A stretch of DNA of 64,000 nucleotides, taken from the IMG/VR virus record IMGVR_UViG_2599185221_000008. The stretch is one strand, 5' to 3'. A program made the position numbers and the translations under genes. Source of the DNA: an uncultured virus (IMG/VR IMGVR_UViG_2599185221_000008). Its lineage: Duplodnaviria; Heunggongvirae; Uroviricota; Caudoviricetes. The notes beneath the pieces were generated by a model. That model was given only the letters and a program-made list of their open reading frames with translations, had not been told where the DNA came from and searched no databases. This document shows positions 49,052-58,646 of the stretch, one piece after another (the first letter of the stretch is position 1; each line of letters opens with the position of its first letter).

Positions 49052-50043
49052 AGAATAGAATCAGCAATTCACATATAGAAGCACTAAGGAAGCAGTTCAA
49101 GAAATATTTAAATGATAACTATAAACATCTGAAAGATAAAAGTGTAATTTACAGTGATTCCTTTTATCCTTATCGCCATGACATTGGCATGGATTTTTGG
49201 GATATATTTATTGACGATAATTCTTTAAGAAAAGCACGTGAACTATTAGAAATTAAGTTCAGCAATGAGAAATCCCACAAGAACCCTAGAATGAATTCTT
49301 ATGGCTATATGCGTACATTCAAAATATTTAAGGAATTTATCGATAATACCTATGGAAGTGTGGATGGCTACATAGAATTTGCTAAGACAAATCAGCCTCC
49401 CAAGATTGAAAAAATGGTTATTGAAAAAGTTCCTAGAACCAAAAAAACAAAAGACGCAAGACCTGATGTATTGCGGCCAAGTTGTGAGGAAGTGAATAGG
49501 TATTTATTAGCTTGGGAGCAATTAGAAAACTACGCATTACAAGAAAGTGCTTTAAACAAACTCTTTTACCAGACTTACCCTGACAATAAAGATATAGATG
49601 ATGTTCTTGTAAAAGTATCGGTCTTAAATGACTTTTACAGTACAAATATATTCTCACCATTTAAAGTAGCAAAGCACATCATCGATTTAGATATTGATGA
49701 AAGACTGGCGGCGGGTGATGTTACTTTAGTAAATGAAATAGCAAGAGTCGATATGGATAACGGTACGGTAAAAAAATTTTATTCCTTTGCAACAAAATAT
49801 TGTAGCCATCATAAACCCCTGAACTTCCCTATCTATGACAGTTATGTAGATAGGCTTCTTCGTTATTTTCGGGATGTTGATGGGTTTTATAGTTTTAATA
49901 ATCACGACCTAAAGGACTATGTTAAATTCAAAAAAATATTGCTGGAATTCAGTAAGTTTTATAATCTTGAATCCTATAGCCTAAAAGACATAGACAAATA
50001 CCTATGGCAGCTTGGAAAAGAAAAGTTTCCGAAGAAGTATTAA
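49048..50043 (+). CDS. Hypothetical protein, possibly HhH-glycosylase-like fold
   Basis: LNDFYSTNI, SFATKYCSHH, FPIYDSYV, IDKYLW. Confidence 0.5.
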   Translation: MKNRISNSHIEALRKQFKKYLNDNYKHLKDKSVIYSDSFYPYRHDIGMDFWDIFIDDNSLRKARELLEIKFSNEKSHKNPRMNSYGYMRTFKIFKEFIDNTYGSVDGYIEFAKTNQPPKIEKMVIEKVPRTKKTKDARPDVLRPSCEEVNRYLLAWEQLENYALQESALNKLFYQTYPDNKDIDDVLVKVSVLNDFYSTNIFSPFKVAKHIIDLDIDERLAAGDVTLVNEIARVDMDNGTVKKFYSFATKYCSHHKPLNFPIYDSYVDRLLRYFRDVDGFYSFNNHDLKDYVKFKKILLEFSKFYNLESYSLKDIDKYLWQLGKEKFPKKY

Positions 50044-50058
50044 GTAGTTACGGAGGAG

Positions 50059-50511
50059 GTGTTCCAATTGCAGATACAAAAAGTAAGAATTATTTCAAAT
50101 AATATATGCTTCGGTCCAGAACCACTTCCTGATGACGAAGTAGAACAGCATTTGACCATATCTGCTAATGGTGGAATATGGTTTACAGGATATAAATATG
50201 GAAATGGTTTTGGTCGGTTCGAGATTTCTAGAAAGCAACAGTTTAATATAGGGAAATCCGCAGTAAAGAAAATATTGGAGCTTTTCTCCCAGTATCTAGA
50301 TAGTGATCAATTGACTTGCTATGCTACCGATATAGGAACTTGGGAAATGACCATTACAGATACCAAAGGTGAGGTACATACTTTCAAAGGTTCACTTTGC
50401 GGTGGAGTGACTGTCGGAGATATTGATATAACTTTTTATTTGCGCCAACAAATTCCAGTTTCTAACTTGTTTGTATTTGAGGATAATTTCATGGAGTCAG
50501 ATGAAAAGTGA
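50059..50511 (+). CDS. Hypothetical protein
   Basis: ORF within the cargo operon with upstream GGAGG. Confidence 0.6.
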   Translation: MFQLQIQKVRIISNNICFGPEPLPDDEVEQHLTISANGGIWFTGYKYGNGFGRFEISRKQQFNIGKSAVKKILELFSQYLDSDQLTCYATDIGTWEMTITDTKGEVHTFKGSLCGGVTVGDIDITFYLRQQIPVSNLFVFEDNFMESDEK

Positions 50512-50537
50512 ATTATTATTAAGTAAGGGGTGAAGTT

Positions 50538-51698
50538 TTGTTCTTACCAAAATTTAAATTAAAAGATAGTGAACCATGCCCATGTGGTAGCAATATAAGG
50601 TTTCAAGAATGTTGTAAGGGGAGAAAACCGCAAATAATAAAACCTTCTAAAAAGCCCGTAGAAGTTCAGGTAATGGAAAAAATGAGGGCTTCGATGAAGA
50701 AGTTTTGTATGCATCCAGATCAAGAAAAATGCAAAGGACCAATCAAAGGAGCACATGCGTTACAGAACAACAAGATTATTTCTTTATTAGCTGGTTCGGA
50801 ACGTCATGTATATATGTTAAACACAAAAAAACAACCTCTTCTCATTCCTTTATATAATGGTGAAGTAGTCCCTATAGTGGAACTGAGTAGAGTAAGCGCT
50901 AATGATGCAACTACTGAAACTTGTTTTTGTGATTATCATGATAATATAGCCTTTGCTGTTATAGAAAAAGATGCTCCGGATTTTGATGAAACAAGCGAAG
51001 AGATGAAATTTGTATATGCTTATAAAGCTTTTATTTTTGAATATTACAAGCAGAGAATAGCATTTGATATATTTCAAAGTAACTTTAGAGACAATCCGAT
51101 AGCATTTCAATCTCCAGAAATGATTGGCATGTATAGAATGTTACAGCTTAAGATGCAGGAGTTTGAACCTATAAAACAACATTTTGATTCACAAATAATC
51201 GGAAATACATTTGAAGGAGTTGTAACTTGTGCAATTAGGATTCCAGAACAAATAAAGTTTGCGGGTTATGCGTATATTGCTCCTGACTTTGATGTAAATG
51301 GTAAAAGAATTAAACATACAAAAAAAGGAATTATGCATAGAATTGCAATTACTATTTTCCCAGAAATAACACAGTCGTGGTTACTATTAAGTTGTCTAGA
51401 ATCGGAAAAACATATTTATGAAAAATTATTTAACCAGCTTGAAACTGTATCAATAGATAAACTTAAATTTTACTTAAATATGATCTTACCACTATATTCT
51501 GAGAATATGGTGCTTAGTCCTTTGTTGTGGAGAGCCTGGGATGAAGAAACACAGATGGCTTATACGTATTATGCTAATCTTCATGGTCCAGAAGCAATGC
51601 AAATGGGGATGTGTATCGGATTTGGATTGAAGAATGCTGCAAGAGACAAATCAGGCAAAGTATACGAACAAGCACCAAAAATCAATTTGTTTTTATAA
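50538..51698 (+). CDS. SEC-C motif-containing protein
   Basis: PCPCGSNIRFQECC; further C/H cluster (C..C..AH..FC..HD). Confidence 0.7.
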   Translation: MFLPKFKLKDSEPCPCGSNIRFQECCKGRKPQIIKPSKKPVEVQVMEKMRASMKKFCMHPDQEKCKGPIKGAHALQNNKIISLLAGSERHVYMLNTKKQPLLIPLYNGEVVPIVELSRVSANDATTETCFCDYHDNIAFAVIEKDAPDFDETSEEMKFVYAYKAFIFEYYKQRIAFDIFQSNFRDNPIAFQSPEMIGMYRMLQLKMQEFEPIKQHFDSQIIGNTFEGVVTCAIRIPEQIKFAGYAYIAPDFDVNGKRIKHTKKGIMHRIAITIFPEITQSWLLLSCLESEKHIYEKLFNQLETVSIDKLKFYLNMILPLYSENMVLSPLLWRAWDEETQMAYTYYANLHGPEAMQMGMCIGFGLKNAARDKSGKVYEQAPKINLFL

Positions 51699-51701
51699 TT
51701 A

Positions 51702-51836
51702 GTCGATATGTTCCCGCCTACCGATAGTGCAAAAAGTGCCGATGACGTGTTTCCGACTACCGACAATGTAAAAGACATCAATCCACCCGGCTCGTTGCAC
51801 GTGGAGACCGTAGTTCTGATGTCTAAGGTCAGGTAA
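51702..51836 (+). other. Displaced rlmD/rumA-like 3' end with att-like scars (putative attR)
   Basis: Reads VDMFPPT...DVFPTT...HVETVVLMSKVR*, matching the RlmD C-terminal DMFP.T.HVE motif. Confidence 0.7.
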
Positions 51837-52073
51837 ATAAGTGTGAAAAAGGCCTGATTTCAGGTCTTTTTTGCTATTGGGAGTACGAAAACATTCAATC
51901 CGAGGTCTAAACTTAACGCTTTGTGGGAACAGGGCGATAAGCAAGGAACATAAAAAGTGTGTATAGTTTAGGCGCCGATTTAGATGCCGGGCATTGAGTT
52001 GCCGATTTTGTTGTCAGCGAGAGTTTAGGCATCGGATTGGATATTGAGAATAGAAGAGGAAGGAACATATAGA

Positions 52074-53702
52074 ATGGACAACTCGGAAATAACCATATTT
52101 TACTCATGGCAGTCTGATTTGCCAGGAAGTGAGACAAGAAATATCATTCAGGAGAGTATAAAAGATGCAGTTCGCTTATTGAGAGATACAGTTGATATCG
52201 AAGCTGACCGTGATACAAAAGGAGAGTATGGCTCACCTGATATAGCGCAGACTATTTTTTCAAAAATTGACGACTGTGATATTTTTATTGCTGACGTTAG
52301 TGCGGTATGTCAATATGAGACAGTTGATAAAGATGGAAACAAAAAGGTGAAATATATGCCTAATCCTAATGTGATGCTTGAATTAGGATATGCTGCGCAT
52401 GTTGTTGATTGGGATAACGTAATTTGTGTATTAAACGCTGATTATGGTGCGCCAGAGGATATGCCTTTTGATATTGCAAGTCGAAGATTAACACCTTTTT
52501 CATTGAAAGATGGAAAAAGTAAGGGAGAGGTAAAGCGATATATAAAAGGAGTAATTCAAGATACTGTCCAAAATGTATTAGAAAATGGAAAGCGTGTTAA
52601 AACTGGATTCTCTGACTTGCGTCTTGGTTGTTTTGTTGATGGTGCTATCTCAAATTTGATTCATCCGATTGAAATATCGAAATCGGTTTCTTTTGTTAAA
52701 CACAGAGAGCAAATAATAAAAGAATGCTTGAAACTGATAGAACAAATCAGGAGTATAAAAATCACAGAACCATCTGAGCTTTTAAGTGAAGAAGAGGAAA
52801 ACAATTCTGTTGAGGAAAAAGCGACCGCCGAAACCGCAATTATTAGAAAAGATGGTTCGGTGCTAACCCCAATCAAAAACTCCTTAAAACTGAACCTTTT
52901 TAAATTACGGAGGGTACTCATCAAAGGCGATGATAAAAATTCGATAATAGATTTGTGCAAAGATTATTTGGGTATAGATATATCTGAAGAAATAGAATTC
53001 TTCAATATTGGAAATTTGGAAAGAAAGTATGACGTATTGTCATCATATTCTTATGAGGGAACAAAAGAGGAAGAAGACAAATATGATAAGATAATGGAGT
53101 TAGAATACAAATTGCACCGTGTGCAAATGCTGGATTGGTATGTAACGACTTTTGATGGAATGCTTTTTATACCACTTGCAATTGAAAATGCATCTACAGT
53201 GTATGATGAAGATATAGATATACATGTAAAGATAAAAGAAAGTGATGCTGGTGCAATTTGCCCATCGAAGAAATTAATAAATCCAGATATGCAAGGATTG
53301 GAGGGATTGATTTTTGAAGAAGGCATTATAAAAGAACTTTTGTTGATGCTTGAATCGTCAGATATTTCATATGATAGTGATATCACATACAGTATTGCTG
53401 ACAGTTTGGCAGAGAATCAGGCGTCAATAAGAGCACACTTTAGCGCTGGTGGAATTAATGGAAATCCAAGGTATGATGAAGATGATTACGAAAGAGAAAT
53501 ATCAAAATATATTGCAATACCAAACGCTAATAGCAAGAATGAGTTTGAATTTTCCATTGGTTCTCTTAGGCCAAAAGAAAAGAAGTGGTTAGGCCCTGCA
53601 TTATTGATAAGACCATTGAAAGATGGATTTGATATTGATTATTCAATAAAATCGAAGCATTCAAATGGTGATTTGTCTGGAATAGTCAAATATTGCAAAT
53701 AA
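52074..53702 (+). CDS. Protein with N-terminal TIR-like/nucleotide-processing domain (possible defence effector)
   Basis: IFYSWQSD, IFSKIDDCDIFIADVS, PNPNVMLELGYA, PFDI. Confidence 0.6.
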   Translation: MDNSEITIFYSWQSDLPGSETRNIIQESIKDAVRLLRDTVDIEADRDTKGEYGSPDIAQTIFSKIDDCDIFIADVSAVCQYETVDKDGNKKVKYMPNPNVMLELGYAAHVVDWDNVICVLNADYGAPEDMPFDIASRRLTPFSLKDGKSKGEVKRYIKGVIQDTVQNVLENGKRVKTGFSDLRLGCFVDGAISNLIHPIEISKSVSFVKHREQIIKECLKLIEQIRSIKITEPSELLSEEEENNSVEEKATAETAIIRKDGSVLTPIKNSLKLNLFKLRRVLIKGDDKNSIIDLCKDYLGIDISEEIEFFNIGNLERKYDVLSSYSYEGTKEEEDKYDKIMELEYKLHRVQMLDWYVTTFDGMLFIPLAIENASTVYDEDIDIHVKIKESDAGAICPSKKLINPDMQGLEGLIFEEGIIKELLLMLESSDISYDSDITYSIADSLAENQASIRAHFSAGGINGNPRYDEDDYEREISKYIAIPNANSKNEFEFSIGSLRPKEKKWLGPALLIRPLKDGFDIDYSIKSKHSNGDLSGIVKYCK

Positions 53703-53708
53703 AGAAAT

Positions 53709-53752
53709 AGCTCCCCATCACCGGATATTATCCCAGTGGTGAGGAGCTTTTG
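53709..53752. terminator. Hairpin terminator between convergent units
   Basis: AGCTCCCCATCAC...GTGGTGAGGAGCT followed by T-rich tail. Confidence 0.6.
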
Positions 53753-53764
53753 TTGTCTATGGCA

Positions 53765-53904
53765 TTAGCCTTCAATATCAACGCTTATCCCGGACTTGAA
53801 TTCCACCGTGAAGTGGTCTTCGGACACGGTGATTTTCTGCAGCAGCCTGCGGACAAGACTTTCATCAAATGCTGTGATTTTCTGCGACTGATCCTTTATA
53901 AAAT
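53765..53904 (-). pseudogene. 3' remnant of a serine recombinase B
   Basis: Reads [45 protein letters not shown]; diverged copy of 54684-54823. Confidence 0.8.
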
Positions 53905-53950
53905 TTCAACGTGCCAGTTACCATCAGGATTATGCGGGAACTGCAGCAGA

Positions 53951-54184
53951 TTATTTTTTAACCTTAAAAAAATATTCTGGGATATCAAACTTTTCAATTT
54001 CTAACAGTTTACTCATCTGGTTGATTTCACTTTGTAAAAAATCAATCCGGTTATTTAATCTCTGGGACAGGGAAACTCTTCCGATGTTTAATGCATCTGC
54101 CAGTTTTTCCTGGGTTCCATAATATTCTTTGATTCTCCCCCGCAGTTTCGAATAATCGAATTCAACCTGTTTGTTGCTGCTCAT
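53951..54184 (-). CDS. DUF739 Cro-like HTH protein
   Basis: FDYSKLRGRIKEYYGTQEKLA...IPEYFF; SD AGGAG. Confidence 0.8.
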   Translation of the reverse strand: MSSNKQVEFDYSKLRGRIKEYYGTQEKLADALNIGRVSLSQRLNNRIDFLQSEINQMSKLLEIEKFDIPEYFFKVKK

Positions 54185-54310
54185 TTTTACCACTCCTAAA
54201 ATTCTGTATTGAAAGAACTTCCCTAATGTATTATACTATTTACAGAAGGAAACTTCTAACCGAGTATGATGGGTTTTGTGGTCAAACAAGATGCCCGTCA
54301 TGCTCTATTT

Positions 54311-54484
54311 TTAGTTCAGGCTTTTTTCCAACAGCAGAACTCCCTGCCGCATGGCTTCGGAACGTTTTACCTCTTGCTGTTTGCAGTAACGGTCAAGAAT
54401 GTCTGTACAGTTTGCATCCAGTCTGACGGTAAGCTTGTCTGTTTTCGGGTTATCTGCCGGCGGTCTGCCGATTCGTGGACTCAT
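54311..54484 (-). CDS. Ribbon-helix-helix (CopG/Arc-like) regulator, 57 aa, absent from the ORF track
   Basis: MSPRIGRPPADNPKTDKLTVRLD...SEAMRQGVLLL; SD GAGGTG. Confidence 0.75.
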   Translation of the reverse strand: MSPRIGRPPADNPKTDKLTVRLDANCTDILDRYCKQQEVKRSEAMRQGVLLLEKSLN

Positions 54485-54683
54485 TCAATCACCTCACTTT
54501 TTGTCCGACAGTTCGATGTTACCTAAAGTCCGACAGAAATACAAGTTGGTTTTCCTTTTATTTCTAAATTTATAAATTTGTCACAGAAATCTTTGGCTAT
54601 GAAAATGGATTTTTATTAGATAATGGAAAGAAAAAAGAGAGCAAGCCACCCTATGAAATAAAACAATCAGGGCGACCTGCTCT

Positions 54684-56252
54684 TTATTCGTTTATATCAA
54701 CACTAACACCGGATTTGAATTCCACCGTGAAGTGGTCATCAAAAACGGTGATTTTTTGCAGCAGCCTGCGGACGAGGTTTTCATCAAATCCTGTGATTTT
54801 CTGCGGCTGATCCTTCAAAAAATCGCAGAGCTCAGTAATTCGGGCCAGCCGCTTATCCCGGATGCCGATGTCAGTTTCTGATTTTGTTTTCAGTTCCCGA
54901 AGCTGGAAAATCTCCTCTGCGATAGAATCGTAATCGTCCCGGTTGTTTGCTTTTTGGAGGAGCTCTTTTTGAAGTTTCAGCAGCTTGGCATCAATGTCAT
55001 CCGTAGAAGCGCTGGCATCGTTGCGAATGACCGCAGCGATATTTTTCTGCAGCATTTGCATGTAGCCGCTTTTGTCCAGAATCATTTCGTTGATGGCTTT
55101 CAGGATAATGTCCTGCAATAACTCCTCATTGACAGTTCTGGCTCGGCAAGCGACTCCGGTGTTCTGCAGGCGGCTTTCGCAACGCCAGACGATGGATTTA
55201 CAGCCACGATTGTTCCAGTGGATGCGGCGGAACATTTCGTTGCATTCTCCGCAGAAGATGAGCTGGGAGAAGCAGTGGTTGCTGCTATAGCTGCGCTTGC
55301 GTCCGTTGGCGCTGGTGTGCACCACTCGTCTGCGCACCAATTCTTCTTGCACCTGCATGAAGATTTCTTTGGGAATAATCGCTTCATGGTTACCTTCCAC
55401 ATAGTATTGAGGAACGGTGCCGTTGTTCTTGATTCTGGTTTTGCTGAGAAAGTCGGTGGTATAGGTCTTTTGTAGCAAGGCGTCTCCGATGTATTTCTCG
55501 TTTCGCAGAATCTTGTTGATGGTACTCGTCCACCACTTGGTCTTCCCTGCACCGGTGAGAATACCGTCAGCCATGAGCCCGGCGGCAATCTTGTCCATGC
55601 TGTAGCCTTCCATGTACTCCCGGTAGATGCGCTTGACCGTCTCGGCTTGCTCCGGGTCAATGACAAGGTTTCCGTCTGCATCCTTGGTGTAGCCAAGGAA
55701 GTGGTTGTGATTGACCTGAACGTGTCCTTGCTGGTAGCGATATTGCAAGCCCAGCTTGATGTTTTGGCTCATGGATTGGCTTTCCTGCTGAGCCAGAGAG
55801 GCCATAATGGTAAGCAGCACTTCACCCTTGGCGTCCATTGTGTTGATGGACTCCTTCTCAAAGTAAACGGGAATGTTCTTATCCTTTAGCTGGCGGATAA
55901 ATTTCAGGCAGTCCAGCGTGTTACGGGCAAATCGGCTGATGGATTTGGTAATCATCATGTCGATGTTACCGGCCATGCATTCATCAATCATGCGATTGAA
56001 CTCGGTACGCTTTTTTGTGTTGGTGCCTGAAATGCCATCATCTGCAAAAATGCCTGCCAGCTGCCATTCGGGATTTTTGGAAATGTACTCCGTGTAATGC
56101 TCAATCTGAGCGTCGTAGCTGGTGGCCTGCTCATCGCTGTCGGTACTGACACGGCAGTACGCTGCGACTCGGAGCTTTGGCTTCTCAGCGGCTTTGATGG
56201 TGTTGCCGACCTGTCGTCTGGCCGGAATGACCATAACCTTACTTTGTGCCAT
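54684..56252 (-). CDS. Large serine recombinase B (prophage 2)
   Basis: YCRVST, SRFARNT, CGEC; paralog of 46320-47885. Confidence 0.93.
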   Translation of the reverse strand: MAQSKVMVIPARRQVGNTIKAAEKPKLRVAAYCRVSTDSDEQATSYDAQIEHYTEYISKNPEWQLAGIFADDGISGTNTKKRTEFNRMIDECMAGNIDMMITKSISRFARNTLDCLKFIRQLKDKNIPVYFEKESINTMDAKGEVLLTIMASLAQQESQSMSQNIKLGLQYRYQQGHVQVNHNHFLGYTKDADGNLVIDPEQAETVKRIYREYMEGYSMDKIAAGLMADGILTGAGKTKWWTSTINKILRNEKYIGDALLQKTYTTDFLSKTRIKNNGTVPQYYVEGNHEAIIPKEIFMQVQEELVRRRVVHTSANGRKRSYSSNHCFSQLIFCGECNEMFRRIHWNNRGCKSIVWRCESRLQNTGVACRARTVNEELLQDIILKAINEMILDKSGYMQMLQKNIAAVIRNDASASTDDIDAKLLKLQKELLQKANNRDDYDSIAEEIFQLRELKTKSETDIGIRDKRLARITELCDFLKDQPQKITGFDENLVRRLLQKITVFDDHFTVEFKSGVSVDINE

Positions 56253-56670
56253 TGGTAATCACCTCCGGTCGGATAAGGCTATACAGGTATTCGGCCTGTC
56301 TTAGCGGATTGGGTAGCTCCTTTTCTGCTGGCCCCATAAGAAAGTCGGTAGGAACGTATTTGCTGTGAGGAGCGCTTGCTCTATCAAGTCGTCCTAACTT
56401 TCCGGCACGCTTTTCCAGTTCGATAGGAACGGCATCGAATGTGTTTTTGTCGACAATAGCTGGGTAAAAGCTATCACCCAGGTAGTGCTTGTTCAGCATC
56501 ATTCGTTTTGCTGTTCCGTGGTAGGTGTCGAGACCTGCCTTCTTTGCAGCATCGCTTAGGGCTATGCCAGCTAAATAATTCTTGTAAAGCTCACGAATAG
56601 TAGCGGCAGCAGCTTCATCGATAACTGCCTGACCGTTTTCTATTTGGTAGCCATAGGGTGTGTGACCCAT
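56239..56670 (-). CDS. Small recombinase-domain protein (prophage 2)
   Basis: [20 protein letters not shown]. Confidence 0.8.
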   Translation of the reverse strand: MGHTPYGYQIENGQAVIDEAAAATIRELYKNYLAGIALSDAAKKAGLDTYHGTAKRMMLNKHYLGDSFYPAIVDKNTFDAVPIELEKRAGKLGRLDRASAPHSKYVPTDFLMGPAEKELPNPLRQAEYLYSLIRPEVITNGTK

Positions 56671-56674
56671 AAAA

Positions 56675-58231
56675 TCACATCCTTTCTCGCAGTGTTAATC
56701 CGCATTTCAGTTCAAAGCCAACTTTTTCTCGACTGTAAACGATGATGCGGTTTGCGTATTCTGTAAATAATTCTTCTTCAAATGCCTGCAGCATGTCAGC
56801 GTGCTCGGTGAAATGCAGGAGCTTTTGAAGCTCCACAATTCTGGTAGAGGCTTGACCACTGCAGTTCTGCAGCATTTCAATTTCGGTTTTGCAGGCTTCC
56901 GTCTGCGTCATCAGCTCATTTTTCTGCTGGGTGAAAATAATCTGGTCAAGGTAGCCTTGGGCCATCAGGCGTTGCAAGGTTTGCCGTTGCTCAGTGATTT
57001 GCAGCAGCTGCCTTTCCAATTCTCGGATGCGACGAATACCGCCGTCCTCGTTGGTATTTTTGAGCTGCTCCAGCAGTGGGGCCAGAATGGTTTTCCTGCT
57101 AAAGATGAGCTTATTCATCATAGTGATAAAAGCATGCTCAAGGTCATCGTTCCGGATGTACAGCATGGAGCAGGCTTTCACATCAGCCAGATGGGTGTTG
57201 CAAAGCCAAGCGACGTATTTGTGACCCTTGCAAGTGTGGATGCGCCTGCGGAAGGTCGCACCGCATTCGCCGCAGATGATGTTACCTGAAAAGGCATAAC
57301 GCTGCTGGTATCTGTCGCAGCCTTTTACGATTCCTTTTTCAATGCTGTGCTGTTCCAAAAGACGTGCAGCCAGTTCGAAATCCTCATGGCTAATGATGGC
57401 CTCGTGATGCTCGGCGCAGAAGTATTGGTCTTTTTCGCCATTGTTCTGATGCCGATTGAACTGTGCATCGGTGTAGGTCTTTTGGAAAATGGTATCGCCT
57501 GTGTATTTCTCATTTGCCAAAATACCTTTGATGGTACCGTGCGACCATTTGCCACCTTTTTTAGTAGGCACCTGTCGGGCATTCAAGTCTTTTGCAATAT
57601 CCTGAATACCAGTTCCCGAAAGAAAAGCGGAAAAAATGTGTTTTACAACATCAGCCTGTTCCGGATTCACCTTCATTTCCTCTCCGTTCCATTCGTAGCC
57701 ATAGGGCGGATAACTGATTTTGAAGGTGCCGTTTTGAAATCGCTTCTGTACGGCCCACTTGGTGTTTTCTGAGGTCGAGGTTGATTCGCCCTCAGCCATT
57801 GAGCTTAGAATTGCCAGCATCAGTTCGCTTTCCATCGAGCCGGTATTCAGATTTTCCTTCTCGAAGAAGATAGGTACATTCACCGCAAGCAGGCGTCTGA
57901 CCAGTTCCAAGCAGTCAGTTGTATTTCTGGAAAAGCGGCTTAGTGACTTCGTGATAACCATATCGATTTGATGGCTTTCGCAATCTGACATGAGTTGAAG
58001 CAGGGCCGTTCTCTTTTCCTTTTTTGTGCCGGTGATACCTTCATCGTAATAAATACCGGCAAGCTCCCAGTCTTTTCTGGAATTGATGTAATTCTCAAAA
58101 TACGTTTTTTGCGTATCCAGACTTTCAAGCTGAGCATCACTGCCAGTCGATACTCGGCAGTAGGCCGCTACACGGAGCTTTTTCTTCTCAGCAGGCGCTT
58201 TCACCTGCTGCAATTTTGTGATTGTTTTCAA
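56675..58231 (-). CDS. Large serine recombinase A (prophage 2)
   Basis: YCRVST, SRFSRNT, CGECG; paralog of 44337-45896. Confidence 0.93.
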   Translation of the reverse strand: MKTITKLQQVKAPAEKKKLRVAAYCRVSTGSDAQLESLDTQKTYFENYINSRKDWELAGIYYDEGITGTKKEKRTALLQLMSDCESHQIDMVITKSLSRFSRNTTDCLELVRRLLAVNVPIFFEKENLNTGSMESELMLAILSSMAEGESTSTSENTKWAVQKRFQNGTFKISYPPYGYEWNGEEMKVNPEQADVVKHIFSAFLSGTGIQDIAKDLNARQVPTKKGGKWSHGTIKGILANEKYTGDTIFQKTYTDAQFNRHQNNGEKDQYFCAEHHEAIISHEDFELAARLLEQHSIEKGIVKGCDRYQQRYAFSGNIICGECGATFRRRIHTCKGHKYVAWLCNTHLADVKACSMLYIRNDDLEHAFITMMNKLIFSRKTILAPLLEQLKNTNEDGGIRRIRELERQLLQITEQRQTLQRLMAQGYLDQIIFTQQKNELMTQTEACKTEIEMLQNCSGQASTRIVELQKLLHFTEHADMLQAFEEELFTEYANRIIVYSREKVGFELKCGLTLRERM

Positions 58232-58278
58232 GCTATCACCTCCTTGTCAGTGTCACATATTACCTCTGAGTGCGCCTA

Positions 58279-58527
58279 TTATCCAGTTATATTGGGCATA
58301 ATCTCGACCAGATATGGGGAGAAAGTTTTCCGATTTAGCAGCGTGATTTTGTTGTATTCTGACAAGGAAATAAGTCCAGAATCCAGCATGCTTTGAAGCA
58401 GCAGCTGAGCTTTGTGATAACCGGCATCACGCTGCAATTGTTCTGTTGTGGGCGGTGTCGGTGATGTCAATATTGGTAATTCTTCAATAGAAATTGGTGT
58501 TAGTAATGTTTTCTGTTCGCTGTTCAT
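58279..58527 (-). CDS. Small SHOCT-like protein (prophage 2)
   Basis: MLDSGLISLSEYNKI..LNRKTFSP. Confidence 0.7.
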   Translation of the reverse strand: MNSEQKTLLTPISIEELPILTSPTPPTTEQLQRDAGYHKAQLLLQSMLDSGLISLSEYNKITLLNRKTFSPYLVEIMPNITG

Positions 58528-58646
58528 AGTTGTCCTCCAATCTGAGAAATCCTCTAATTTCCCACTGGAGACAAAACAGCAATTTGAGCGGATAAAAAGA
58601 AAAAGGCCTGCAGGATTTCTCCCACAGGCCGAAAGATATAGCAGTA

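Larger units (their letters stand above)
1..51836 (+). mobile_element. Prophage 1 (siphovirus-like, PolA/VapE replication, triple serine recombinase); left end outside window
   Basis: Complete ordered regulation-replication-packaging-head-tail-lysis-integration gene set. Right boundary inferred from the rlmD-like 3' fragment at 51702-51836. Confidence 0.85.

Noticed and set aside
51705..51780. Possible mini CRISPR array
   Set aside because: Only two diverged repeats with about 7 nt between them and no cas operon; better explained as att-like scars. DUF2800 is a phage Cas4-like nuclease, not part of a CRISPR locus
53750..54004. 84-aa + strand ORF
   Set aside because: Antisense shadow of the recombinase remnant
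54226..54526. Two + strand ORFs of 66 and 86 aa
   Set aside because: Antisense to the RHH gene, which has an SD and a recognisable motif
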